Assembly: GCA_041656855.1 (NCBI GenBank)
Contig: JBBACS010000001.1
Coordinates: forward strand, 3,454-67,453
DNA from: Minisyncoccota bacterium
GTDB taxonomy: Bacteria; Patescibacteriota; Minisyncoccia; Phycocordibacterales; GWA1-40-21
Length of the DNA stretch: 64,000 bases
Reading direction: 5' to 3'
The notes under the pieces were generated by a model. That model was given only the letters and a program-made list of their open reading frames with translations. It did no database searches and was not told the origin of the DNA. The translations under genes were made by a program, and so were the position numbers. How positions within the stretch are numbered: position 1 is the first letter of the stretch; each line of letters starts with the position of its first letter. Below are positions 1-9,600 of this stretch, piece after piece.

Positions 1-518
1 CTTTTAAAAATGCGTCAGATATCTTAAAAATAATTGATAACACAGATACAGAAATAGAGATAAACTCAACAAAAAATCAAATATCTTTTGTTTTTAACGG
101 TATGTATTTGGTTTCAAGAGTAATTGATGGTGTTTTTCCTGATTATAAACAGATTTTACCAAAAGAAGAGAAGACAAAAGTGGTGCTTTTAAAGCAAGAT
201 CTTGTAAATTCATTAAAAATATCAAACATTTTTTCAGACAGCTTCAACCAAATGAATATAAGTGTTAAAAAAGGTGAAAAAATAATAAAAGTAAGAACAA
301 AAAACTCAAATGTTGGTGAAAACACTAATAAGATAGATGCAAACATAGAAGGGGAAGATATAGAGGTAAATTTTAATTATAAATATATTGTTGATTGTTT
401 GCCTTCTATAGTCTCTGATAGTGTATCTTTAATTTTTAACGGAATGAATAAAGCGCTGATTATTAGAGGAACTTCAGATAAGACATTCACATATCTTGTA
501 ATGCCTATGAATAGGTAA
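1..518 (+). CDS. dnaN: DNA polymerase III beta subunit (sliding clamp), C-terminal part; 5' end outside window
   Basis: Frame 3 is open from the window edge (FKNASDILKIIDNTDTEIEINSTKNQISFVFNG...) and runs into listed ORF 102..518; clamp C-terminal-domain-like sequence ending LIIRGTSDKTFTYLVMPMNR; stop TAA 516-518. Confidence 0.8.
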   Translation, partial: FKNASDILKIIDNTDTEIEINSTKNQISFVFNGMYLVSRVIDGVFPDYKQILPKEEKTKVVLLKQDLVNSLKISNIFSDSFNQMNISVKKGEKIIKVRTKNSNVGENTNKIDANIEGEDIEVNFNYKYIVDCLPSIVSDSVSLIFNGMNKALIIRGTSDKTFTYLVMPMNR

Positions 519-519
519 T

Positions 520-659
520 TCACCCGTTAAAGTTTTTGCCAATGTTTGTTAAAAATTCATTAAATAAACAAAATCATGGTTTTAGATAAAAGTAATTTGA
601 TAGTATTGGTTGTTATGTCAAAACAAACAATTTTTATTGGCAAAAATTTTCTCGGGTAA
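520..659 (+). repeat. CCCG/CGGG-clamped palindromic element, family A copy A1 (140 nt); 3' arm abuts ATG 660
   Basis: Left arm TTCACCCGTTAAAGTTTTTGCCAAT (520-544) and right arm ATTGGCAAAAATTTTCTCGGGTAA (636-659) are imperfect reverse complements; same termini at 4018-4157 (minus) and 28949-29181. Confidence 0.85.
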
Positions 660-914
660 ATGTTTGATATAGCAAAATATCTTGAAAAGTTTAAAGTGAT
701 GTCGCAGTCGCGAGGTTTTTTGAGAAATTCTGTAGTAGAAGCAATAAAAGAAGTTTGTAATATAGAAATAGAGCCAAATAAAATTGAAGTAAAAAATTAT
801 ATTGCCAGAATAAGCGAAAGACCAATAATAAAAACAGAGATTTTTCTAAAAAAAGTTAAGATATTGGAGATTTTAGATAAAAAAACTAGTGGAAAGGTAA
901 AGGAAATACTTTAA
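660..914 (+). CDS. small hypothetical protein downstream of dnaN (a position typical of DUF721/DciA-like genes; family not verifiable by eye)
   Basis: 84-aa ORF whose ATG directly follows element A1; no motif recognised. Confidence 0.5.
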   Translation: MFDIAKYLEKFKVMSQSRGFLRNSVVEAIKEVCNIEIEPNKIEVKNYIARISERPIIKTEIFLKKVKILEILDKKTSGKVKEIL

Positions 915-921
915 ACTAAAA

Positions 922-950
922 TTGACACCGCCGTTAAATTGTGGTAAAGT
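922..950 (+). promoter_or_regulatory. sigma70-type promoter for the lipoprotein gene
   Basis: TTGACA (922-927), 17-nt spacer, TGgTAAAGT (extended -10, 945-950). Confidence 0.55.
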
Positions 951-1012
951 TCAGAGCGAAAGAACTTTTAAAAATCTATTATCACTAAAGTGATAAAAAA
1001 CGGAGGATTAAA

Positions 1013-1378
1013 ATGAAGAGGACAATTGCTTTGGTAATTGTAATGTTTTTTGTGAGCAGTTTGTTTGGAGGTTGCAAGAAGGCTGTAGTGAATCCTGCAT
1101 ATATAATTCGTATAGATGTGGTAGGAGTTTCATCACCCGCTCCGGATATACAGATAACTGGTACATATGATGGAGGTACAACTGTGGCCACAAAAGTAAT
1201 AAGTGTGCCAGGTGGAATGGATTTGTATCTCAACGCTGGGCAAACGGTGCAGATACATGGACAAAATCTTTCCGTGGGGGAAGTTAAAATTTCGCTTTTT
1301 AAAGGAAACACGCCTTTGACAACACGCGACACAATAGGGGGAATTTTTGACTACACGGTAGATTATTATCAAAAGTAA
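1013..1378 (+). CDS. putative lipoprotein, function unknown
   Basis: Signal peptide with lipobox (MKRTIALVIVMFFVSSLFGG-C); strong SD GGAGGA 1002-1007; visibly GC-richer than neighbours. Confidence 0.7.
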   Translation: MKRTIALVIVMFFVSSLFGGCKKAVVNPAYIIRIDVVGVSSPAPDIQITGTYDGGTTVATKVISVPGGMDLYLNAGQTVQIHGQNLSVGEVKISLFKGNTPLTTRDTIGGIFDYTVDYYQK

Positions 1379-1385
1379 ACAAAAA

Positions 1386-1418
1386 AGGACTATTTGGAAT
1401 TTAATTCCAAATAGTCCT
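1386..1418. terminator. bidirectional intrinsic terminator between convergent genes
   Basis: 15-bp stem AGGACTATTTGGAAT/ATTCCAAATAGTCCT, 3-nt loop, A-run before and T-run after. Confidence 0.8.
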
Positions 1419-1425
1419 TTATTTT

Positions 1426-4017
1426 TTATTTAATTTTTATAGGGATTGTCGCCTCACCTTTATTATAGACACTATCATAAACTACCACCTTAAGTTCATT
1501 GATGCCTACAATAAAAGAATTAGTTCCTGATGGTACAAAATTTAATATATACGGATATGTCTCGGATGTTCCTATGAGCTCGTTATTTAAGTAAAAATTA
1601 GCTCTAGTAATGGGAAAACGTGCCATTGTAGAGAACACCACACCTAATCTATAATCCTTATCATATTCAAGATTTTGTAACGGAGCAAGAATTGTTACTT
1701 TTGGTTTATTTGCTTCGATGTGTATGTCATCATATGTGGTTGGTTTGCTAGTAGAAGCTTGCGGATGTGTTAGGAGCCAGTTTTGTACAGAAAATTCCCA
1801 AGCAAGAAATTGCGAATCATTCTCGGGGTTTATCGGGGCTGGACCTAAAGGATCATTTTTATCTACCCAATAAAGTATTGAGTGTATGTTTGGTATAGCC
1901 ACTTCTACTTTTGTTTCTTCCGGTGTCATATCCGTAGCAAGTTTACCTGATATTTTATCTATAAAATAAGTTTCATTTCCTTGCCATATTCCTCGGAGCA
2001 CTGGTTTGATTGTTTGATCAATTTCAGTGGGTTTTATAAAAGTTTCTCCTGTGGTACTTGCAAGAGCCGCTGCCATAACCTCATGCCACAATGGAGCCAA
2101 GATTGTTCCCGCAACTTTTTTTACCATAGGTTTGCCGCTATTGTTTCCAGCCCAAGCTCCTACAACTATTTCTGGTGTGTATCCAATAGTCCAAACATCT
2201 TTATAGTTATCCGTGGTTCCTGTTTTTGAGGCAACTTGTTTGCCATGAAAAAATAATGGAGAATTTATTCCATAAGCTGGAATTTTAGCAATGACATCAG
2301 ATAAAACATCGGAAATTGTTTCTGCAATGTTTGGATTAAGAACTGTTTGCGGATTTTGTGTGAAAGTTTCTAAAACATTTCCTTGTAAATCTTCCACAGA
2401 AAGAATTCCCGTATAAGGATTTCTGATTCCGTCGTTTGCAAAAACGCCATATGCACTCGTCATATCAAGCAAAGAAACTTCAGCGCCTCCAACAACTAAA
2501 GTTAAACCATATTGGTTTGAATCTTTAAGTCCTTTTACACCCATGGACGTTGCGGTTTCTATTGAATCTTTTATTCCAGCAAGATATAAAGTTTTTATAG
2601 CCGGAATGTTTCTAGATTGAGCCAAAGCATTTCTTAAAGATATGGGTCCTACATATTGGTTATCATAATCTTCGGGCATATAACATGCCGTAGAGGAAGA
2701 AATAACAGCAGTTGGATCTATAGGCAAACCTTCTGGAGTACAAGTGGTTTGAAATTCTGTTGGAAGATCGAAAACAACCGTGTCTGGCGTATATCCTTTT
2801 AGAAATGCAGTAGCATATACAAAAGGTTTAAATGTAGATCCTGGCTGTCTATTGCGTGCTATGGCCACATTAAAATTACCATCTATTTCTTTATCAAAAT
2901 AATCTCTAGAGCCGACCATGGCCAATATTTGTCCTGTTTTTGGATCTATTGCAACAACGGAAGCATTTTCTGCATCAAATTCTATTTTATTTTCAAGGGC
3001 TTTCCTTTTTGTTATTTCTTCAGCTTTTACTTGTAAATCATAATCAAGCGTGGTGATTATTTTAAATCCTTTTTGTTGTACTGCATCTTCACCGTATTTA
3101 TCTACTAAGTATTGTTTTATAAATTCTACAAAGTGTGGTGCCTTTATCCCGTATTTTTCTTGTGGAAGAAACGCTATTACTTCTTTTATTGCTTTGTCAT
3201 ATTCTTCTTGAGTGATGAATTTGTTTTCAAGCATCTTTGAAAGAATAAGTTTTTGTCTTGTATCTAACTGAACTTTATTTTGTCCATAAGGTGAATAATA
3301 AGTAGGTGCTTTTGGGATTGCAGCCAGATAGGCAGCCTCACCAAGAGTTACATCTAACGCTTTTTTACCAAAAAAAGTTTCACTTGCTTGTTCAACGCCA
3401 TAAATAGTTCCACCGTAGGGGTTTCCATTTAAATAAACAGATAATATTTCGTCTTTTGTCATTACTTTTTCAATTTCTATAGAAAGGACCCATTCTTTTA
3501 ATTTTCTAGAAATACTTTTTTCGGTTGTGAGCAATGAATTTTTGACTACTTGTTGTGTGATGGTGGAACCTCCTTGGCTAAAACTGCCAGAAAATATATT
3601 AGCAAACACAGCTCTTATGAAAGAAGAGATTTTTATTCCGCCATGTTGATAAAATTCAACATCTTCTATTGCTATCGTTGCATTTTTTATATCTTTAGAA
3701 ATATCTCCGAAAGGAACCACTGTTCTTTTTTTGCCCTCATGTATATCGTAAAGTAATATTTTCCCTGTGCGATCATATATTTTTGTAGACTGTGTTACGA
3801 TTCTTGTATCAAAAGATTGTAAGTCTGGCATTTGAAATGTGGAAATCCACAAAGCAATAAAACCACAAAAAACAAAAAATAAGGCAGATATTATAATAAA
3901 TATTTGCTTAGGATTCTTTTTTATAAAATGCAGAGTTTTTCTTGTTTTTGGTTTAATGTGGTGCTCAAAACTGTGCTTTATATGGTGTCTAGCTATCTCT
4001 AGCTTGTCTTTTAACAT
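1426..4017 (-). CDS. class A penicillin-binding protein (transglycosylase + transpeptidase) with C-terminal extension
   Basis: N-terminal TM; glycosyltransferase motifs EDVEFYQHGG, GGSTITQQ, RKLKEW; transpeptidase motifs STFKP, SRN, KTGTT. Confidence 0.9.
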   Translation of the reverse strand: MLKDKLEIARHHIKHSFEHHIKPKTRKTLHFIKKNPKQIFIIISALFFVFCGFIALWISTFQMPDLQSFDTRIVTQSTKIYDRTGKILLYDIHEGKKRTVVPFGDISKDIKNATIAIEDVEFYQHGGIKISSFIRAVFANIFSGSFSQGGSTITQQVVKNSLLTTEKSISRKLKEWVLSIEIEKVMTKDEILSVYLNGNPYGGTIYGVEQASETFFGKKALDVTLGEAAYLAAIPKAPTYYSPYGQNKVQLDTRQKLILSKMLENKFITQEEYDKAIKEVIAFLPQEKYGIKAPHFVEFIKQYLVDKYGEDAVQQKGFKIITTLDYDLQVKAEEITKRKALENKIEFDAENASVVAIDPKTGQILAMVGSRDYFDKEIDGNFNVAIARNRQPGSTFKPFVYATAFLKGYTPDTVVFDLPTEFQTTCTPEGLPIDPTAVISSSTACYMPEDYDNQYVGPISLRNALAQSRNIPAIKTLYLAGIKDSIETATSMGVKGLKDSNQYGLTLVVGGAEVSLLDMTSAYGVFANDGIRNPYTGILSVEDLQGNVLETFTQNPQTVLNPNIAETISDVLSDVIAKIPAYGINSPLFFHGKQVASKTGTTDNYKDVWTIGYTPEIVVGAWAGNNSGKPMVKKVAGTILAPLWHEVMAAALASTTGETFIKPTEIDQTIKPVLRGIWQGNETYFIDKISGKLATDMTPEETKVEVAIPNIHSILYWVDKNDPLGPAPINPENDSQFLAWEFSVQNWLLTHPQASTSKPTTYDDIHIEANKPKVTILAPLQNLEYDKDYRLGVVFSTMARFPITRANFYLNNELIGTSETYPYILNFVPSGTNSFIVGINELKVVVYDSVYNKGEATIPIKIK

Positions 4018-4157
4018 TTACCCGAGAAAATTTTTGTTGATGAAAATGTGTTGAGGTTATATGAGTAAGTAGTTTTTAAATAGATATACTCTTGTAAAAG
4101 AATACCTTCTATTTAACCCTCATTTTCAACACGTCAACAAAAACTTTAACGGGTGAA
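4018..4157 (-). repeat. family A palindromic element copy A2 (140 nt), minus orientation; 3' arm abuts PBP start codon
   Basis: Minus strand reads TTCACCCGTTAAAGTTTTTGTTGAC...CATCAACAAAAATTTTCTCGGGTAA-ATG; inner stem GTTGA/TCAAC differs from A1 but remains complementary. Confidence 0.85.
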
Positions 4158-4210
4158 TTATAGCATTTTGTCAGATAGAAAAAAACTATTTTTTATGATA
4201 GATTTGATGT

Positions 4211-5425
4211 ATGAAAATCAATACAGACCCAAAGAAAATTGAAGAAATTTTAAATAGGAGTGTTCAAAATATCTTACCTTCAAAGGATTTTTTCAGAAAA
4301 GAACTTTTGAGCGGTAGAAAATTAAAAATATATGTTGGGGCTGATGCTACCGGAACAAAACTTCATATAGGCCATGCTACAAACTTCATGATTATTGAAA
4401 GATTAAGACAGCTTGGACATGAAGTCATAATTCTTTTTGGTGATTTTACAGCGATGATAGGTGATCCTAGCGGAAAAGATTCAGCAAGAAAGGCACTTAC
4501 AAAAAATGATGTTAGTCAAAATCTAAAAAATTGGAAATCTCAAGTAAGTAAAGTTGTAAAAATCGGCGGAGTTGATAATGGAGCAAAGATAGTTACAAAT
4601 AGCACTTGGCTTTCAAAAATGAGCTTTGCAGATGTTGTAAAGCTTGCTTCAAATTTTACCGTACAGCAAATGCTTGAGAGAGATATGTTTCAAAAAAGGT
4701 TAGAAGAAAAGAAACCTATCTTTTTGCAGGAATTTTTATATCCATTAATGCAAGGATACGACAGTGTTGCTTTAGATGTTGATGTTGAAGTTGGAGGTAA
4801 TGATCAGACGTTTAATATGTTGGTGGGAAGAACTTTACAAAAAAATACAAGGAATAAAGAAAAATTTGTTGTTGCTACAACACTCTTAATTAATCCAAAA
4901 ACAGGAAGAAAATTAATGAGTAAAAGTGAAGGTAGTGTAATAGGTCTTGATGATGAATATCATGATATGTTTGGAAAGTGCATGTCACTTCCTGACGAAG
5001 CAATTATCTCAGTTTTCACAGACTGTACTTATGTTTCAATGGAGGAGATATCAGAAATTAAAAAACAGCTTGAAAATGGGGCCAATCCTCGTGATGCTAA
5101 ACTAAGATTGGGCAAAGAAATAGTAAAGATTTATTATAATCAAGAAAAAGCAGACAGTGCCGAAAAAGATTTTATAGAAACCTTTAAAAAAGGTGGTTTG
5201 CCAGAAAACATGGAAGAAATAAAAACAGAAAATGGGAAATCTCTCATGGAGCTTCTTGTTGAAAAGAAAATTGTTTCTTCAAAAACTGATTTTAGAAGGT
5301 TAATTTCTGAAAATGCAGTAAGTAATGCTGTAAATAGTGAAAAGATTACTGATGTAAATTTTAAAATACATAATGAAATAACATTAAAAATAGGGAAGAA
5401 GAGGTTTGTTAAAATTACTATATGA
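4211..5425 (+). CDS. tyrS: tyrosyl-tRNA synthetase
   Basis: HIGH motif (LHIGHATN), KMSKS motif (LMSKSEG), GDFTAMIGDPSGK, C-terminal S4-like domain. Confidence 0.9.
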   Translation: MKINTDPKKIEEILNRSVQNILPSKDFFRKELLSGRKLKIYVGADATGTKLHIGHATNFMIIERLRQLGHEVIILFGDFTAMIGDPSGKDSARKALTKNDVSQNLKNWKSQVSKVVKIGGVDNGAKIVTNSTWLSKMSFADVVKLASNFTVQQMLERDMFQKRLEEKKPIFLQEFLYPLMQGYDSVALDVDVEVGGNDQTFNMLVGRTLQKNTRNKEKFVVATTLLINPKTGRKLMSKSEGSVIGLDDEYHDMFGKCMSLPDEAIISVFTDCTYVSMEEISEIKKQLENGANPRDAKLRLGKEIVKIYYNQEKADSAEKDFIETFKKGGLPENMEEIKTENGKSLMELLVEKKIVSSKTDFRRLISENAVSNAVNSEKITDVNFKIHNEITLKIGKKRFVKITI

Positions 5426-5907
5426 AAGTTATAGCAATAGACCCAGGATATGAAAGAATGGGTGTAGCAGTAATAGAAAAAACTTCAAACAAAGAAGTTT
5501 TAGTTTTTTCTGAATGTTTTAAAACGAGTGCTATGATTCCGCATGAGGAACGTCTAAAATTAATTGGCCAGAAAATAGAAAGTTTAATTAAAAAACATAA
5601 GCCAGATGCAATGGCTATTGAGACATTGTTTTTTAAAAATAATCAAAAAACAGCTATGCATGTTTCTGAAGCGAGAGGTGTAATGCTTTATGTTGCTTCT
5701 GTTGCAGAAGTGGAAGTAAAAGAATTTTCTCCAATGGCGATAAAAATTGCCGTGACTGGATATGGAAGTAGCGAAAAAGGGCAAGTTACGGCTATGGTGC
5801 AAAAACTTATAAAAATAAATACCGATATAAAATATGATGACGAGTATGATGCAATAGCTGTAGGGCTAACTTTTTTTGCTTGTATAAAACAATTTTGTGA
5901 AAAATAG
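5422..5907 (+). CDS. ruvC: crossover junction endodeoxyribonuclease RuvC
   Basis: IAIDPGYERMGVAV, AIETLFF, DEYDAIAVG acidic motifs; ATGA overlap with tyrS. Confidence 0.85.
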   Translation: MKVIAIDPGYERMGVAVIEKTSNKEVLVFSECFKTSAMIPHEERLKLIGQKIESLIKKHKPDAMAIETLFFKNNQKTAMHVSEARGVMLYVASVAEVEVKEFSPMAIKIAVTGYGSSEKGQVTAMVQKLIKINTDIKYDDEYDAIAVGLTFFACIKQFCEK

Positions 5908-5911
5908 AAAA

Positions 5912-5929
5912 CGGGCCGTTTACGGCCCG
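5912..5929 (+). terminator. intrinsic terminator after ruvC
   Basis: CGGGCCG-TTTA-CGGCCCG hairpin followed by a T-rich tract. Confidence 0.65.
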
Positions 5930-5982
5930 CTTTCTGATTTGTATTTATGCTTTATTCTAAATCCTATCTTCTATATTCTAAT

Positions 5983-6249
5983 TTACCATTCATCATTAGC
6001 TTTGTAATCTCCAGAATCAATTTCATCTTCCTCCTCTTCTGCTAAGAGAGTTTCTTCTTCTAAAAGGGGATCTACGGGGGCCACTTCTTCAAAAGCATCT
6101 AGAACCCCATCTGATAAAGTTCCAGTTTCTTTTTCTGTCTCTTCTTCTCCTGCTACTTTTTTTATATCTTCCTTCTTCACTTTATCTTCTGTAATTTTTT
6201 TTGTTTTATGATTTTTAGGCATTGATTTTATGAAATCACGTAGCACCAC
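5983..6249 (-). CDS. small acidic hypothetical protein (listed ORF uses GTG 6249; ATG at 6222 more likely)
   Basis: Asp/Glu-rich ORF; ATG 6220-6222 is directly preceded on the minus strand by hairpin TGATTTCATAAAATCA, as for the gene at 25022. Confidence 0.5.
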   Translation of the reverse strand: MVLRDFIKSMPKNHKTKKITEDKVKKEDIKKVAGEEETEKETGTLSDGVLDAFEEVAPVDPLLEEETLLAEEEEDEIDSGDYKANDEW

Positions 6250-6468
6250 AGGGGTACTTCTTGTTTACTAAATCACTGAGTACAGCTCATAAGTAAACAA
6301 AGTTGCGCAACCATCTGATTAGCACTACAAATTTAAATTATTATTTTTTAATATACTGCTCTCTATGAGCTAGTAGGTACATTTTCCAAAATTTTCAGAA
6401 AAAAGCAACTGGTTTGACCTGTTGATAACTACCAAAATTCAAGAAACGAAGTTTCTATGAATTTTGAG

Positions 6469-6584
6469 TACCCCGTTAAAAGTCTTAACAAAATAATAAT
6501 TTATAATTAATATAGAGCCGAAGGCGGGTTTGTAAACAGCTTTTTCGTAAAAAATATACTCAATTTAGACTTTTTAATGGGGTC
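6469..6584. repeat. palindromic element related to families A/B (copy A4), intergenic
   Basis: TACCCCGTTAAAAGTCTTAA ... TTAGACTTTTTAATGGGGTC inverted arms about 75 nt apart. Confidence 0.7.
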
Positions 6585-6596
6585 TGAGATAATAAT

Positions 6597-6629
6597 AAAA
6601 GCCGTTTTTGTCTAGCAAAAACGGCTTTT
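6597..6629. terminator. bidirectional intrinsic terminator downstream of the 1409-aa gene
   Basis: 14-bp stem AAAAGCCGTTTTTG/CAAAAACGGCTTTT, 5-nt loop. Confidence 0.75.
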
Positions 6630-6652
6630 ATTTTCACAAAGATAATATGTGA

Positions 6653-9600
6653 TTAGACCACCAAATTCATATTTATAACTCCAGTCTTTATTTCTATAGC
6701 TTCTGTCTTGAACACTTCTGTATAAGTCCCATCATCCTTTTTCTTTTCTACTTTGATGGAATATTTTCCATTAGGTACAAGAGCATAATAAGCCCCAAAT
6801 TTGTCAGCAATTTTCTTTGTAAGCGGAGTATCTTCACCTTCTCTGAATATGGAGACGATAGCAAAGGATAGAGGAGCTTTTGTATGTTTTTCAGTAAGAG
6901 TACCTGATTTCTTAGTCTTGAGTACTACATAATTTAATATGTAAGCTACTATATAGAATCCTGCGATAATGAAGTTGTATGGTGCAGGTGCAAAGATAAC
7001 GGCAATGAAGGCAACTATGGCACCGATAAAGAAGATGACGCTTGATATCTTGGCCCAAGTAATATCTTTTTGCTTCATGAATTTATTTACATTCATCTTG
7101 GTCTTGGCAAATTCATTCCAATCAAATGATAGAGAGTCCATAGGAATATTTTTTGTAATAATTGCGCCTTCTGTTTCAACTGTCATCTCTTCACCAAAAT
7201 ATAAATCATTGTAGACTTCATCAAATGATCTACCTGCCATTTTCTTTGATGGCTGAATATAATTTGTTTTTGTTGCAACTATTTTGTATTTACCTGGTAA
7301 TACAAGGAATCCATATCTTCCATCTATATCTGTAATAGCTCCTGCTACTTCCTTTCCTGTCTCTATACTGATTAGAGATACATACACAGGGTCTAGAGGT
7401 CTCTTTGTGACTGAATCATAGACTGTACCCCATTGTCTTTGTTTTCTCTTTATACCAAGAGCACTGAGAAGCAAGGCAAGTATTCTTGCAGGAATCAACC
7501 ATATTTCAGAGAAAGATATTGGAGTAGCAAAGGCAATTGCTGATATAGATATTGTAGCTCCAGCAATTATACCTGTGGTTGAAATAACTTTTGTTACAGC
7601 AGATCCAGTAGGAGTATTTACTATTGCTCTTGTATTAGCGATTGCATTCTTGGCAATAGATATTACTTGGTCATAACCTTGTTTTGCAGATACACCTATA
7701 TCAGGAACAACGTTCTGATTTGTTTCTGTTCCTGCACTAGTTTCAGTTTGTTGTTCTTGAGTTGGAGTTTCTACTATATCGGTAATTACTTCTGGAATTG
7801 TATTTTCTGGAGCTTTTGGTGTTTCAACTTTTGGAATTACAGGAGCAGAAACTTCTGGAATTGTCTCACATCCTAAAATATCATTTGCTTTCTTTCTTGT
7901 AGCATTTCCAAAGTTTCCAGTTCCTTCTGCTAGACCAAATGGAGCTAATATATCATCTGCATAATATTCTTGGAATGAATGAACTGCAAGTATTGTTTTT
8001 GAACCATAGTAAGTTGTTTCTGAACCTTTTGTTGATGCATTAAATCCTTGGCTGTTTAGGAATATTTGTAGATTTTTTATATCTGAATCTGTTGTGTATT
8101 GATGAAGATTTTTAGTAAAGCAGAAGCCTGAAGGAAGATTAGGAGTTGATGTAACCCCCGGTGCTTCTTCTATTTCTTCAGTAGAAGAAGATGTTGCAAG
8201 TGCTAATGTTGTGGTTGTTGAAGGAACTGTAGAAACTTCTGTAGAGCCTGATGATGGAGAACGGTGTCCACTACTCAAAGCTAAAGTGGTGAATGTAGCA
8301 TCACTTGAATAAGTAGTACCTAAACGATCTGTGATGAAAGCTTGGTAGTGGTATGTGGTGCTAGCTGATAATCCCGTAATATCTGCAGAATATTCACCTG
8401 TAGAAAAAGATCCGGGTTCAGTATATACCGCGGCAACATTCATGCTTCCAATTTTATTTTTATTTACAGCAAATCCAGATGATTCTTTTGTGGTCATTGC
8501 ATATTCCGTGGTAGTACCATATCTGAAACCTCTTGCGGTTATTGTTTCTCCTGCTGTGCTTGTGATGTTTGCTTTCAATGTTGCTGATATATCAGCAACT
8601 ATAGGTGTTTCCAATTCCACATCACGAACAGAAATAATTGACCCGAAAACTGATGAAGAGAAATAACTAAAATTTCCCGCTGCATAAAGAGTGGACCCTG
8701 ATAAGGATAAAGTATATGCAGTAGTCATATGGTCACCTGATTGAGGATTCGGATTAAAACTTGTCGTGGTTGCGACGTCAAGATCATATGCCGCAAGACT
8801 ATTACGCGTTAGACCATTAAAAGTAGTAAAACTTCCTCCCACAAAAAGAATAGAGTCAAATATGGTCATCGTTCGTACAGAAGAACCTGTAGTTGGAATT
8901 ATATTTAAACTTGTCGTAGTTGCGTTTACAAGATCATATGATGCGATGCTTTTTCTAGGTAAACCACCGAAATTGGTAAAATATCCGCCAGCATAGAGAG
9001 TAGAGGTTGCTATTAATAAAGAATTTATTGTTGATGAGTCACCAGGATTTGGGATTGGACCAGGATTAAAATCTGTAGTGGTAGCGTTTGCAATATCATA
9101 TGCGGCAAGACGGTTACGATCGAGGTCTCCAAAAGTGGTAAAATTTCCTCCCACATAAAGAGTTGAACTTGATATGGTGAGAGCATTTACAACAGCAGGG
9201 GTACCTCCCACACCTGGATTAAAATCTGTCGTAGTAGCTGTGAGAATATTGTATGCAGCTATATTATTACGATTGAAACCACCAAAGGTATCAAATTGTC
9301 CTCCCGCGTATAAAATGTCATCTGATATCGCTATGGAATATACATAAGGGGAAAAGCCGGCTCTTGTTATTCCTGGATCAAAATCTGTAGTAGTGTCTGT
9401 GAGAAGATTATATGCCGCAAGGTCACTACGTGTCAGACCATCAAAAATATCAAACCAACCACCCACATAAAGTATATTGTCTGATATAGTCAAAGTGTAT
9501 ACGGCGTGTCCACTATACCATCCTACATTTGGATTAAAATCTGTTGTATTTCTATTTACAAGATCATATGCAGCTAGCCTGTTTCTTGTTTGGCTACCCA

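Noticed and set aside
985-1372. Minus-strand ORFs (115 aa, 79 aa, 61 aa) overlapping the lipoprotein gene
   Set aside because: The plus-strand gene has a promoter, a strong SD, a lipobox and a terminator. The antisense ORFs have none of these.
4158-4210. T-box or other aaRS leader upstream of tyrS (also checked before argS 49050-49131, ileS 50998-51033, metG and glyQS)
   Set aside because: The spacers are too short, and they lack specifier-loop or T-box (AGGGUGGNACCGCG-like) sequences.
6250-6652. Known ncRNA (RNase P RNA, tmRNA, SRP RNA, tRNA) in the long spacers here and at 12767-13170
   Set aside because: I found no GGAAAGUCC-type RNase P motif, no tmRNA tag or acceptor features, no SRP GNRA/AGCA domain IV pattern and no GTTCGAATC-like T-arm by eye. 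They are left as unexplained structured regions, not called as genes.
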